A stretch of DNA of 27,037 bases from a bacterium (GCA_041497675.1 JBGQGY010000039.1:1-27037); one strand, 5' to 3'; counted from the stretch's first letter, positions 1 through 9,579 are shown. A program made the numbers and translations. Notes: generated from the sequence alone by a model not told the origin.

Positions 1-165
1 CCCAAACATGGCATTGAGACCGTCGGCCTCTCCACCGGCGGTCCACCAGGAGAAGATTTCCAGCTTCTTGGCCGCTCCGGCCTGCAGACTCGCCCCGGTC
101 TGAAAAACCAGGACGACCAGCACGAGGGCAGCGGCCGCGATGCGAAGCGCGCGATGGGTCTTCAT
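1..165 (-). CDS. Sugar (glucose/mannose-type) ABC transporter substrate-binding protein, N-terminal part (runs off the window)
   Basis: Not in the ORF track. The reverse strand from ATG at 165 reads MKTHRALRIAAAALVLVVLVFQTGASLQAGAAKKLEIFSWWTAGGEADGLNAMFG. This is a signal peptide followed by the LEIFSWWTAGGE motif typical of glucose-type SBPs. A strong RBS (AAGGAGGG) lies upstream. Confidence 0.85.
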   Translation of the reverse strand, partial: MKTHRALRIAAAALVLVVLVFQTGASLQAGAAKKLEIFSWWTAGGEADGLNAMFG

Positions 166-214
166 CCGTACTCCCTCCTTTGCGTCGAGCCGCCAGCAGC
201 GCGGCCCGCAGCGG

Positions 215-245
215 GAGCCTTCTGCGCGGGTCTGTGGCGACCCTG
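215..245 (-). promoter_or_regulatory. Candidate alternative-sigma (sigma-H-like) promoter for the sugar SBP gene
   Basis: Minus strand CAGGG-N18-GAAGGCTC; the same architecture recurs at 13544-13574 (-) and 16041-16070 (+). Confidence 0.5.
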
Positions 246-247
246 CC

Positions 248-277
248 TTGTCCTCATGCTGCCCCCGGACGTATACT
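248..277 (+). promoter_or_regulatory. Candidate sigma70/SigA promoter for the ykuK-like gene and acyl-CoA synthetase
   Basis: TTGTCC (248-253), 18-nt spacer, TATACT (272-277), then AGGAGG (282-287) before GTG at 298. Confidence 0.55.
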
Positions 278-297
278 GAATAGGAGGGCAACGCGCG

Positions 298-768
298 GTG
301 GAATTTATCAGCCCCACGCAGGGGCGTCTATCATTCGACCAGATGTTCCGCCAGTTGGTCGGCTACATGAAAGCCGAGCCCGACCAACAATATCATTTAA
401 TTATCGGCACCGATTCGCTCCTCTCGGACGACACGACGTTCGTCACCGCAGTGATCGCCCACCGGGTCGGGCACGGCGGCCGGTATTTTTATCGCAAGTT
501 CCGCAACCGCAAGATCGAGAGTCTGCGCCAGCGTATCCTCTTTGAGACGTCGCTGTCGCTGGAGATTGCCCACCTGATCACCACCGACCTGGCGCGCAAC
601 GGTCTCTCCAAGCTGCCGGTCGAGATCCACCTCGACGTCGGGCAGGTCGGAGAGACCAAGCGCATCATCCGCGAGGTCGTGGGCATGGTCTCAGGATCGG
701 GCTACGCCGCGGTCATCAAGCCTGACGCCTACGGCGCCACCAAAGTCGCAGACAAGCATTCCAAATAG
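298..768 (+). CDS. Ribonuclease H-like YkuK family protein (DUF458-type)
   Basis: 156 aa with IIGTDS, GGRYF, LRQRILFETSLS, EIHLDVG..GETK..I.EVVGMV..SG and IKPDAYGATKVADKHSK motifs characteristic of YkuK; AGGAGG RBS. Confidence 0.85.
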   Translation: MEFISPTQGRLSFDQMFRQLVGYMKAEPDQQYHLIIGTDSLLSDDTTFVTAVIAHRVGHGGRYFYRKFRNRKIESLRQRILFETSLSLEIAHLITTDLARNGLSKLPVEIHLDVGQVGETKRIIREVVGMVSGSGYAAVIKPDAYGATKVADKHSK

Positions 769-774
769 CGCCGC

Positions 775-2445
775 ATGATCCGGCTGGAAGACTTTGCGGG
801 GCGCGCCTACGCAGAGTCCCGCCGGGCGTTTCGCTGGCACATCCCGACCCCATACAACATCGGCGTCGACGTGTGCGATCAATGGGCGGCGCGGGATCCG
901 GATCGTGTCGCAATTCTTTACGAATCGGACTCGGGCACGCGGCTCACGTGCACCTTTGGAGCGCTGCGCGACACGTCGAACCGGCTGGCGAACGCACTCA
1001 CAGGACTCGGCATTCGGCGCGGTGATCGCGTCGCGGTCATCCTCCATCAACGGATCGAAACCGTTGCCGCGCACGTCGCAATCTACAAAATGGGCGCCGT
1101 CGCGGTGCCGCTGACGCGCATGTTCGGCCCGGATGCGCTGGCGTACCGCCTGGAACACAGCGGCTGCCGGGCCGCGGTGATCGATCAGTCGGTGCTGCCG
1201 AAACTGGCGGACCTCCACGAGCAGCTGCTGCCCGCCCTGGAGACGGTCATCGTGGTCGCGGATGCGACTCACAGCGCGCGGCCCGCCGCCGGTGGACGCT
1301 GTCTCTATCTGACGTGGGATGACGTCATCGAGGATGCTAGCAGCGGCTTCGCGCCGCTGGCGACCCACCCCGACGATTCGGCGATGATCGTGTATACCTC
1401 GGGCACGACGGGGCCGCCGAAGGGCGCGCTGCACGGGCATCGGGTACTGCTTGGACACGTGCCGTCCGTCCAACTCTATTTCGACTTCGTGCCGCGCGGC
1501 GGCGAGGTCTATTGGACGCCCGCGGATTGGGCCTGGATCGGTGGAGCGTACGATCTCCTCTTCCCGGCGTTGAAGTTTGGCGGTCCGGTGCTCGCGTTTG
1601 AGACCACGAAGTTCGATCCCGAGCGGGCCTTCGACCTCATGGCACGGTACGGCGTCACGCACACGTTTCTGCCGCCGACGGCGCTGAAGATGGCGATGCA
1701 GGTCGATCACCCAGCCGACCGGTTCAGCCTCGTCTTGCGCGCGATCATGAGCGGCGGCGAGCCCGTCAACCCGGTGATCCTGGATTGGAGGGCCCGTGAG
1801 GTCCCCGGTGTCGCGCTCCACGAGATCTACGGTCAAACCGAAGCCAATCTGGTCTGCGGGAACTGCTCCCGGCTGTACCCGGTGAAACCCGGGTCGCTGG
1901 GGCAGGCGTTCCCCGGCCATGACGTGCGCCTGGTGGGCGATGACGGCGCCCCGGTGCCGCCCGGCGATCCGGGCGAGATCGCGGTATGGGGGGCGGGCGA
2001 TCCGGTCGTCTTCAAGGAGTACTGGCGCAACCCTGAAGCGACCGCCGCGAAATATTACGACGGCTGGCTGCGGACCGGCGACGTGGCGAGGCAGGATGAG
2101 GACGGGTACTTCTACTTCGAGGGACGCACGGACGACGTCATCAAGAGCGCCGGGTATCGCATCGGTCCGGCCGAAGTCGAGAGCAGCCTCCTGACCCATC
2201 CGGCCGTGGCGGAAGCCGCCGTGGTCGGTGTGCCCGATCCGATCCGCGGGCAACTCGTCAAGGGATTCGTCAAACTCCGCGCCGGCCGGGCGGCATCAGA
2301 CGCGCTGGCGGCCGAGATCCAGAACCATGTCAGGGCGAGGCTGGCCGCCTACGCCTATCCGCGTGCCATCGAATTCGTCGACGAGTTGCCGATGACCACG
2401 ACGGGCAAGATTCGCCGCGCGGAGCTGCGAGGCCGAACGACCTAG
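775..2445 (+). CDS. Acyl-CoA synthetase (AMP-forming, acetyl-/medium-chain-CoA ligase-like)
   Basis: Adenylate-forming motifs YTSGTTGPPKG, YGQTE, TGD, GRTDDVIKSAGYRIGPAEVE and PMTTTGK. Confidence 0.92.
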   Translation: MIRLEDFAGRAYAESRRAFRWHIPTPYNIGVDVCDQWAARDPDRVAILYESDSGTRLTCTFGALRDTSNRLANALTGLGIRRGDRVAVILHQRIETVAAHVAIYKMGAVAVPLTRMFGPDALAYRLEHSGCRAAVIDQSVLPKLADLHEQLLPALETVIVVADATHSARPAAGGRCLYLTWDDVIEDASSGFAPLATHPDDSAMIVYTSGTTGPPKGALHGHRVLLGHVPSVQLYFDFVPRGGEVYWTPADWAWIGGAYDLLFPALKFGGPVLAFETTKFDPERAFDLMARYGVTHTFLPPTALKMAMQVDHPADRFSLVLRAIMSGGEPVNPVILDWRAREVPGVALHEIYGQTEANLVCGNCSRLYPVKPGSLGQAFPGHDVRLVGDDGAPVPPGDPGEIAVWGAGDPVVFKEYWRNPEATAAKYYDGWLRTGDVARQDEDGYFYFEGRTDDVIKSAGYRIGPAEVESSLLTHPAVAEAAVVGVPDPIRGQLVKGFVKLRAGRAASDALAAEIQNHVRARLAAYAYPRAIEFVDELPMTTTGKIRRAELRGRTT

Positions 2446-3716
2446 GCCGGCCGCAGCTCGGTGCGGCCTCCCATGTAGGGCACCAACGCGTCGGGGATAC
2501 GGACGCTGCCGTCGGCCCGCTGACCGTTCTCAAGCACGGCGAGCAGCGCGCGGCTGGTGGCGACGAGGGTGCCGTTCAACGTGTGGACAAACTCGGCTGC
2601 GCCGCGCGGGCCTTCGCGAAAGCGGGTGCCCAGCCGGCGGGCCTGAAAGTCACCGGCGTTGCTGCACGAGTGCGTCTCGCCGTAGTCGCCCCGGCCCGGC
2701 ATCCAGGTCTCGAGGTCGCACGTCTTCGCCATCGCGTGCCCCAGATCACCGCCACAGAGCACGACAACGCGGTGCGGCAACCCCAGGGTCTGCACGAATC
2801 GCTCTTCGAGACCGACCAGGAACTCGTGTTCCTCGATCGAGCGACTCGGGTGGGCATATGAAAACATCTCGACCTTGAAGAACTGGTGCACGCGATAGAG
2901 CCCGCGGGTGTCGCGTCCGTGTGACCCCGCCTCACGCCGAAAACACCAGGACAGACCCGCGTACCGCAGCGGGAGCGCGGCGCTGTCGAGCGTCTCGTCC
3001 ATGTGGAACGCGGCCAGGCTCTGCTCGCTGGTGCCGATCAACGCGAGGTCGTCACCCTCGATCTTGTAGGTTTGTTGTGGGTCAAACGACGTGCCGCCCC
3101 ACGCGCCGGTGATGACGCCGGTGCGCACCAGCATCGGTACTTCGAGCAGGGTGAACCCCTCGCGCAGCAGGAGGTCCAGGGCGAGCCGCACCAGGGCCAT
3201 CTCAAGCAGCACGCCGTCGCCCCGCAGATAGTAAAAGCGCGACCCCGAGGCCTTCGCGCCCCGTTCGAAGTCGAGGATGCCCAGGCGGGTCCCAAGATCG
3301 ACGTGATCGATCGGGGCAAAGTCGAACACGGTCGGCTGTCCCCAGATACGCAGGACCACGTTGTGCGCAACATCGGCGCCTTCGGGGACACTGTCGTCGG
3401 GCTGGTTGGGCAGCGCGCGGAGCAGGTCGTCCAGCTGTGACTCAATCTGCTGCAAGGAGGGCTCGAGAGTCTTGAGACGGGAGGAGAGCTCGCGCATCTC
3501 GCCGATGCGCGAGCTCTTTGCATCGCCCGACAGCTTGGGGATCTCCACGCCGACGCGGTTCTGCTCGGCTCGAAGCGATTCGATCTCGGACAGCAACGCC
3601 CGGCGCCGCCGGTCGGCCTCGAGCACGTCGTCGATCGCCTGCGGATCCCGGCCACGCTTGCGCAGACCGGCCTTGAACAGCTCGGGCTGTGCGCGTATCT
3701 TTTTCAGATCAAGCAT
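2442..3716 (-). CDS. serS: Serine--tRNA ligase
   Basis: MLDLKKIR start with N-terminal coiled coil, GTSE, motif 2 FRREAG..RGLYRVHQF, SCSN..DFQARRL and motif 3 HTLNGT. Confidence 0.97.
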   Translation of the reverse strand: MLDLKKIRAQPELFKAGLRKRGRDPQAIDDVLEADRRRRALLSEIESLRAEQNRVGVEIPKLSGDAKSSRIGEMRELSSRLKTLEPSLQQIESQLDDLLRALPNQPDDSVPEGADVAHNVVLRIWGQPTVFDFAPIDHVDLGTRLGILDFERGAKASGSRFYYLRGDGVLLEMALVRLALDLLLREGFTLLEVPMLVRTGVITGAWGGTSFDPQQTYKIEGDDLALIGTSEQSLAAFHMDETLDSAALPLRYAGLSWCFRREAGSHGRDTRGLYRVHQFFKVEMFSYAHPSRSIEEHEFLVGLEERFVQTLGLPHRVVVLCGGDLGHAMAKTCDLETWMPGRGDYGETHSCSNAGDFQARRLGTRFREGPRGAAEFVHTLNGTLVATSRALLAVLENGQRADGSVRIPDALVPYMGGRTELRPA

Positions 3717-3731
3717 CGTGGTACGTGTGGA

Positions 3732-4880
3732 CTAGGCGAGCGCGCCGGCCAGGATCTCCTTGGCGGCAACGTCTGCGCCCTTGCCGGAGGGCCCGCCGAC
3801 CTGCGGCAAGACGATCTCCAGGGCCCGCAGTCCGGCCAGCACCGCGTCATCCGGCACGTAGCCCAGGTGGCCGAAGCGGAAGATCTTGCCGCGCATCTTG
3901 CCCGGGCCGCCGCCCAACACGACACCGTGTTCGAGGCGCAGCTTCTTGAGCAGCGCGTTCCCGTCAACGCCCTCGGGCAACCACATAGCTGTGACGGCCT
4001 CGCTGGCATCGGCCTCGTCAGGCACGAGGCGCAACCCGAGCGCCCGGACGCCCGCGCGCACGGCCCGCGCAGTGCGGCGGTGGCGGGCAAACCTCGCCTG
4101 CAACCCTTCGGCTTCAACCAGTCGCACCCCGGCGTTCAACGCGTTCAGGATGCCGATCGCCGGCGTAAACGGCGTGTAGGCTTCCGCGTCACCGAGTTCG
4201 GTCCGAAGCCGATCGAAGGCCCAGTAAAACTTGGGCAGCCGAGCGGTCTTGGTCGCCTCCCACGCGCGATCGGACACGCTGAGCAGCGCCAGCCCCGGCG
4301 GGGCCATGAGCGCCTTTTGCGAGCCCGTAATGACGACATCGATGCCCCACTCGTCAGTCCGGAGGTCGATCGCGCCGAGCGAGCTGACGGCGTCAACGAG
4401 GGTAAGCACCGGGAAGTCGCGGGCGACCGATGTGATCGCCTCAAGATCGTTCCGCACGCCGGTCGAGGTCTCGTTATGCGTCACCAACAGTGCCTTCGCC
4501 TGCGGGGTCCGCCGCAGCGTGTCGCGGATCACGCGCGGATCGGCCGCCTTACCCCACTGGACCTCCACCCGGACCACGCTCAGACCAAGGGCCTCGCTGA
4601 TCGCCGCAAACCGCTCACCAAAGGCGCCGCCCACGATGGCCACGATGGTGTCGCCTGGTGAGCAGACGTTGACCAGCGCCGCCTCGAGACCGCCCGTCCC
4701 CGACGCGACGAACGGCAGCACGGTGTTGCGCGTTTGGAACACGCGGCGCAATGCCGCCAGCGTGTCGGCCAGCAGGCGACCAAACTCTGGGTCGCGGTGA
4801 TTGACCATCTGCTTGGCCGACGCCTGCAACACCTCATCAGGTAGTGGGGTCGGTCCAGGGATCAACAGGTACTGACGCAC
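3732..4880 (-). CDS. Class V PLP aminotransferase (alanine--glyoxylate/serine--pyruvate/phosphoserine aminotransferase family)
   Basis: LLIPGPTP, SGTGGLEAA, HNETSTG, DAVSS, TGSQK (PLP lysine) and FRFGHLG; GAGGAGGT RBS. Confidence 0.92.
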   Translation of the reverse strand: MRQYLLIPGPTPLPDEVLQASAKQMVNHRDPEFGRLLADTLAALRRVFQTRNTVLPFVASGTGGLEAALVNVCSPGDTIVAIVGGAFGERFAAISEALGLSVVRVEVQWGKAADPRVIRDTLRRTPQAKALLVTHNETSTGVRNDLEAITSVARDFPVLTLVDAVSSLGAIDLRTDEWGIDVVITGSQKALMAPPGLALLSVSDRAWEATKTARLPKFYWAFDRLRTELGDAEAYTPFTPAIGILNALNAGVRLVEAEGLQARFARHRRTARAVRAGVRALGLRLVPDEADASEAVTAMWLPEGVDGNALLKKLRLEHGVVLGGGPGKMRGKIFRFGHLGYVPDDAVLAGLRALEIVLPQVGGPSGKGADVAAKEILAGALA

Positions 4881-4919
4881 ACGACACCTCCTCGTTACGG
4901 ATCGACGTTCCTCCGGCCT

Positions 4920-4948
4920 AAACTACCATATCCTCGTGGCGGCGTCAG
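4920..4948 (-). promoter_or_regulatory. Candidate SigA promoter (extended -10) for the aminotransferase-serS operon
   Basis: Minus strand CTGACG, 17-nt spacer ending in TGG, then TAGTTT. Confidence 0.5.
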
Positions 4949-4958
4949 CGACCGCCGC

Positions 4959-7010
4959 CTACCGGACCGGCGCGCGCTTGAACCACGCCACGCCAACCGC
5001 GGCCAACAACACAATCACCATCACGCCCAGGGTCGTCTCGAGCCACAACGGCCACCCCAGCACGGCCGCCGCGACGTACCCGCCAAAGGCCACCACGCAG
5101 GACGCCACGAGCGCTGGAAGCAACTGATCGCGTCGCTCCGGCGTCTGATAAGGCAGCGCCGTCTCCTCCGCGCCCAGATAGTAGGGCACGTCGGTGACCA
5201 CCGTCACAAACCGGCCGGCCCGGCGGCGGAAGAAGAGCGCGGTCTTCAGCAGCAGCGCGTTCTGGTTGTGCAGTAGGAAGTGCCACCAGCGTGTGGGCAC
5301 GAACTCCGGCAGCACGACGGTGAGTTGTTGGTCGAAGCCCACTTCCCACTCGAGGTTGCCCAAGTGCTCGAGAAACGTGCCGGCCACCGACCGGTAGGGC
5401 GATTTGAGCACCTTCAGCGGGACACCCATGCCCCAGCGTTCCCACTTTTTCTCGACCTCGGCGGTCTCTTTGGGATCGATCTCGACCATGAGCGCCGTGA
5501 CGTCGTCGCTGATGGACTTCGCATATTGCAGCGCGGGGAGCGTGCCCCGGTTGATGCCGCCGACTGGAATGATGACCTTGTGCTGGCGGACGGCTCCCGG
5601 CAGTTGGGCGCCTTCCAACGTGAGGTGCCGCCGGACTTCCTCATAGTGCAGCCAGATGCTTCGCATCAGCATGACGAACGCGGGAATCAGCAGAAGGACG
5701 ATCCAGGCGCCGTCGGCAAACTTTACGGCGGCGACGACGACCAGCACGATCGCCGTCGCGATCGCGCCAATGGCGTTGATGACCATACTCCGCCGCCATC
5801 CGGGGCCTCGCGACGTCCACCACTTCTTCACCATGCCCGCCTGCGAGAGCGTGAATGAAAGAAAGACGCCAACCGCATACAGAGGGATCAGATGGTGCGT
5901 GCTCGCACCGAAGACGTACATCAGGACGCCCGAGAAGATCGCCAAGAGCACGATGCCGTTCGCGAATACCAACCGATCACCCAGGTTGGCAAGCTGGTGG
6001 GGCAGGAAACGGTCGCGCGCAAGGATCGACGCCAGCCGTGGGAAGTCCGCAAAACTCGTATTGGCGGCCAGGATCAGGATCAACGCGGTCGACGCCTGCG
6101 CAAGATAGTAGACGGGGCCGCTGCCAAAGACCGCGCGCCCCAGCTGCGAGACGATCGTTTCGTGCTCGGACGGCGCCAGCCCGTAGTGACGGCCCAGATA
6201 GGTGACCCCCAGAAACAGCGTGCCCAGGATCGCCGCCATCCAAATGAGGGTGATGCCCGCGTTGCGCGACTCGGGTGGTCTGAAGGCGGGGATCCCATTG
6301 CTGATGGCCTCGACGCCGGTCATGGCGGCCGATCCCGATGCGAAGGCCTTCAGGATCAAGAACAGCGTGAGCGCGTGCAACGGCCCGGCTGGCTGATCCG
6401 GCACCTGCTGGGGCACCGGCAGGCTGCCCCATGACCGCGCGAAGCCCGCGCCCAGCATCGCCAACATGGTGAAAATGAACAGATAGGTGGGCGCGCTAAA
6501 GATCGTGCCCGACTCGCGCACCCCCCGCAGGTTGATGATCGCAATCAGGGCCACCGCGGCCAGCGCCAGACCGACGCGGTGGGTGAACAGCGACGGCACC
6601 GCCGAGGTGATGGCCGCCACTCCTGCCGAGACGCTGACCGACACGGTCAAGACATAGTCGATCATGAGCGACGAAGCCGCGATGAGTCCGGGCCAGACCC
6701 CGAGATTCTCATGTGCGACGATGTAGGACCCGCCGCCGGAAGGATAGGCGTGGATCGTTTGATAGTACGAGAAGGCGACGATCGCGAGCACCGTGGTGAT
6801 CGCCAGCGCGATCGGCAGCGCCATGGTCATCGCCAGCGGACCGGCGGCAACAAGCACCAGCAGGATCTCCTCGGTCGCGTAGGCCGACGACGATAGCGCG
6901 TCCGACGAGAAGACCGCCAGCCCCTGGATCTTGTTCAGGCGCTCGTCCGCCAGCCGGTGCGTCGGCAGCGGCTGACCGATGAGTAGACGCTTGACACCAC
7001 TGATGGCCAT
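4959..7010 (-). CDS. APC-superfamily permease, KimA/YdaO-like potassium transporter
   Basis: True start is probably MAISGVKRLLIG at 7010 (TAATG overlap with the upstream stop). Motifs SSDALSSSAYATEEI, AYPSGGGSY, DYVLTV, TGVEAISNG, ANTSFADFPRL and cytoplasmic SPYRS / PEFV..WW..LLHNQ. Confidence 0.88.
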   Translation of the reverse strand: MAISGVKRLLIGQPLPTHRLADERLNKIQGLAVFSSDALSSSAYATEEILLVLVAAGPLAMTMALPIALAITTVLAIVAFSYYQTIHAYPSGGGSYIVAHENLGVWPGLIAASSLMIDYVLTVSVSVSAGVAAITSAVPSLFTHRVGLALAAVALIAIINLRGVRESGTIFSAPTYLFIFTMLAMLGAGFARSWGSLPVPQQVPDQPAGPLHALTLFLILKAFASGSAAMTGVEAISNGIPAFRPPESRNAGITLIWMAAILGTLFLGVTYLGRHYGLAPSEHETIVSQLGRAVFGSGPVYYLAQASTALILILAANTSFADFPRLASILARDRFLPHQLANLGDRLVFANGIVLLAIFSGVLMYVFGASTHHLIPLYAVGVFLSFTLSQAGMVKKWWTSRGPGWRRSMVINAIGAIATAIVLVVVAAVKFADGAWIVLLLIPAFVMLMRSIWLHYEEVRRHLTLEGAQLPGAVRQHKVIIPVGGINRGTLPALQYAKSISDDVTALMVEIDPKETAEVEKKWERWGMGVPLKVLKSPYRSVAGTFLEHLGNLEWEVGFDQQLTVVLPEFVPTRWWHFLLHNQNALLLKTALFFRRRAGRFVTVVTDVPYYLGAEETALPYQTPERRDQLLPALVASCVVAFGGYVAAAVLGWPLWLETTLGVMVIVLLAAVGVAWFKRAPVR

Positions 7011-8578
7011 TAGGGGGCGCGTCCCATCCAGACGTTCCAGTGAAACGTTCCCGGTCCGCCGACCTCGCCCTGAACATCGGCGCGGTGCAGCAGCAACGGA
7101 AACCAATCGCCGAGCCGGACCGCGACGGCGTCCTCGTAGAACCGCCGCTGTGCACGCTCCCAGATCGCCAGCCTCACCGCGGGACTGGCGTGCCGGCGCA
7201 GGAGTTGCATGAGGGCCTGCATGTCGCGGCTGTCGTACCACCCCGGAAACGATGGCTGCAACGGGAGTAGAAACGCGGGATCGGGCACGAAGCCAAATGT
7301 CGCCGTGAAGACGTCCCAGCCGTCGGGTCGCGCGCGGCGGTTTGCCAGCGTCGCAAAGTCCATCACCTGAAGGTCGATGACCAGCCCGATGCGCTCGAGT
7401 TGGGCCTTCGCAATGGTGGCCGCATTGAGATGGTGGGGCATCTCGCCGCTCACCATCCACCGGATCGGCTGACCGGCATACCCGGCTTCGATCAGCAGCC
7501 GGCGGGCAGCGGCAGGATCATGCTGGCGGTACATCTCGCCGCCCGCGTCGCTGTACAGTGGGTGCTCGCGCGGGAAGAACGACGGGGTGGTTCGCCAGAA
7601 CTGCCGCGGGCCAAAGGTGCCCTGCAGGACCGGTTCCTCGTCGAGCGCCGCGACGATGGCGCGGCGGAGCGCCCGATTGCCGGTCAGCGGGCTGCGGTGA
7701 TTGAACATGAACCCGGCCCACTGCGGCGTGGTGATCACGAGCGGCCGCACGGTCCGGACCGCGCTCAGACGCGCAAATTCGTCCGACGGGATCGAGTGCG
7801 CAAACTCGTAGTCGCCGCGGATGACCCCGGCGATGCGGACCGCCGCGTCCGGCACCGGCAGGAAGTCGATGACATCGATGTAGGCCACCCGGCGACCGGC
7901 CTGACCATCGGCCGGGTCATCACGAGACGCGTAGCGGTCGAATCGCTCCAAGCGGATGCGCACGTCGGGGACGTGCTCGACGAACCGGTAGGGACCGGTG
8001 CCGATGAATCTCCTGATCGGTCCGGTCCCGGCGTCCTCAATGACCTCCCGTGGATAGATCACCGCGCCTTGGCTGGAGATGGCCAGCGCGAGCGGCACGA
8101 GGCCGTTGGGTTCGCGCAGCCGCATCTCGACCGTGTAAGCGTCACGCGCGGTCAGACGTTCGACATCGTTGAAGAGTTCGCGCCCGCGGGCGGCGATCCG
8201 ACCCCATCGCTGCAACGATGCGATCACGTCGGCGGAGGTCATCTCCCGGCCGTGATGAAACAGCACGCCGCGGCGCAGCACAAACGTGTACGTGCGCCGG
8301 TCCGGCGAGGAGAACCAGCGGTCGACCAGCATCGGTTTCGGCTCGTAGCGGCTGGAGAGCGCGAACAGCCCCTCGAAGATGTGGATCGCCACGTCCTGCG
8401 TCGGCGCGCCCGTCGTCCATTGGAGGTCGATCGTTGGCGGCTCGCCGGTGTGGGCGATGCGCAGCACGCCCCCACGCACCGGAGCCGGCGGTGTCTGCGG
8501 TGCGGCAGAGGTTGCGGCCGAGACCGCAAGCAGCGCCGCGAGCACTCCGACCGGCCAGCGGCACAGCACCGGCTTCAT
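7010..8578 (-). CDS. ABC transporter substrate-binding protein, family 5 (peptide/nickel type), no adjacent cognate permease
   Basis: Start MKPVLCRW at 8578 (ATGA overlap with the PAP2 stop); signal peptide; RGGVLRIA, HIFEGLF, LRRGVLFHHG, IGTGPYRF. Confidence 0.9.
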   Translation of the reverse strand: MKPVLCRWPVGVLAALLAVSAATSAAPQTPPAPVRGGVLRIAHTGEPPTIDLQWTTGAPTQDVAIHIFEGLFALSSRYEPKPMLVDRWFSSPDRRTYTFVLRRGVLFHHGREMTSADVIASLQRWGRIAARGRELFNDVERLTARDAYTVEMRLREPNGLVPLALAISSQGAVIYPREVIEDAGTGPIRRFIGTGPYRFVEHVPDVRIRLERFDRYASRDDPADGQAGRRVAYIDVIDFLPVPDAAVRIAGVIRGDYEFAHSIPSDEFARLSAVRTVRPLVITTPQWAGFMFNHRSPLTGNRALRRAIVAALDEEPVLQGTFGPRQFWRTTPSFFPREHPLYSDAGGEMYRQHDPAAARRLLIEAGYAGQPIRWMVSGEMPHHLNAATIAKAQLERIGLVIDLQVMDFATLANRRARPDGWDVFTATFGFVPDPAFLLPLQPSFPGWYDSRDMQALMQLLRRHASPAVRLAIWERAQRRFYEDAVAVRLGDWFPLLLHRADVQGEVGGPGTFHWNVWMGRAP

Positions 8579-9564
8579 ATACGGCGTTCGGCCAGCCCGG
8601 TCTTGATGAAGAGCCACGGCGCGATCCACACGACCCCCACCGCCAGCAGGGCGTACCGCACGTAACGGAACACCAGACCCACCACCAGCGGGTCGCGCGG
8701 GAACACCGCGGCCAGACCAAACCGCAGCACCGCCACGACGAGCAGCCCGACGACCAGCCGCGCCGCGCGGATCCGCCACGCCCCACCGGGGCTGAACCGG
8801 GCAGAGCGCCGCATGAGCGCCAGCCCGACACCGGCGCCAAAGACCACGCCGACGCTGCCGACCGGCCCGTCCAGGCTGCGCGGATCGTATGCCCGCTTCG
8901 CATCTGCTGGGGGCGCCCCGGCGGTGGCCTGAGCGGCCCAACCCGGCGGATCGGCAACGTCGGCAATCGCGGCGCGCACGCCGAGGGTCACCCCGAGCAT
9001 GAGGATCGAGACCCCAAGCGCCGCGAGGATCTGTACACGCATCGGGCGGGATCCAAACCAGCCGGCGGCGCCAGGTTCGACGCGGCGGTAGACCACGAGG
9101 ACGACCGTGCCGATCACCCATCCCGCCAGGACATCCTGAGGAAAGTGCACACCGAGATACATCCGCGAGAGAGAGATGCCCACGATGACCAGCACTGCGG
9201 CGATCATCGCCCACGGGGCGCCGACCACGCGCGCCAGCGTCGGCCAGATCGCGGCAGCGTTCTGGGCGTGGCCGGACGCCAGACCGTACCCCGGTTCCAG
9301 GCTGAGGGCCTTCACGCGCGCGTCGACCCAGAAGGGACGCGGGGCGTGCACGGCCCACTTGACCACGCCGTTGACGAAGTCGGAGCCGACCAGGATCGCC
9401 AGCACCCGAAGCCCGAGTGCCGCATCAACGCACCAGTACAGGAAGGGAACGAAGGCCGAGAAGAACATTTCATCGCCGAAGAACGATAGCGCGCGCATCA
9501 CACCGTCCAGCGCCGGGCTGAACCGTTGGAGCGTGAGTACCCAATCCACTCCCGGCCACGACAT
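8575..9564 (-). CDS. PAP2-family membrane phosphatase
   Basis: C1 KWAVHAPRP, C2 ASGH and C3 SRMYLGVHFPQD motifs; multiple TM segments. Confidence 0.92.
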   Translation of the reverse strand: MSWPGVDWVLTLQRFSPALDGVMRALSFFGDEMFFSAFVPFLYWCVDAALGLRVLAILVGSDFVNGVVKWAVHAPRPFWVDARVKALSLEPGYGLASGHAQNAAAIWPTLARVVGAPWAMIAAVLVIVGISLSRMYLGVHFPQDVLAGWVIGTVVLVVYRRVEPGAAGWFGSRPMRVQILAALGVSILMLGVTLGVRAAIADVADPPGWAAQATAGAPPADAKRAYDPRSLDGPVGSVGVVFGAGVGLALMRRSARFSPGGAWRIRAARLVVGLLVVAVLRFGLAAVFPRDPLVVGLVFRYVRYALLAVGVVWIAPWLFIKTGLAERRI

Positions 9565-9579
9565 TGCGAGCCACCCCCA

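Noticed and set aside
298..768. Transposase or IS remnant, because of the RNase H fold
   Set aside because: It matches YkuK motifs over its full length; no terminal inverted repeats or target duplications were seen.
691..2253. Long antisense or alternate-frame ORFs (e.g. 691-2253 -, 7400-8665 +, 8218-9489 +, 10784-11944 +, 14086-15132 -, 17371-18351 -)
   Set aside because: They shadow well-supported genes, are Arg/Pro/Ala-rich without motifs, and are expected in high-GC DNA.
4881..4958. T-box upstream of the serS operon, or a c-di-AMP riboswitch upstream of the KimA-like gene
   Set aside because: The leader is only 78 nt with no T-box sequence, and the KimA-like start overlaps the upstream stop, leaving no leader.
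7011..9358. N-terminal extensions in the ORF track (4959..7460, 7010..9358; also 11917..13863) suggesting fusion proteins
   Set aside because: The extensions overlap other real genes. Better starts with coupling or an RBS exist at 7010, 8578 and 13512.
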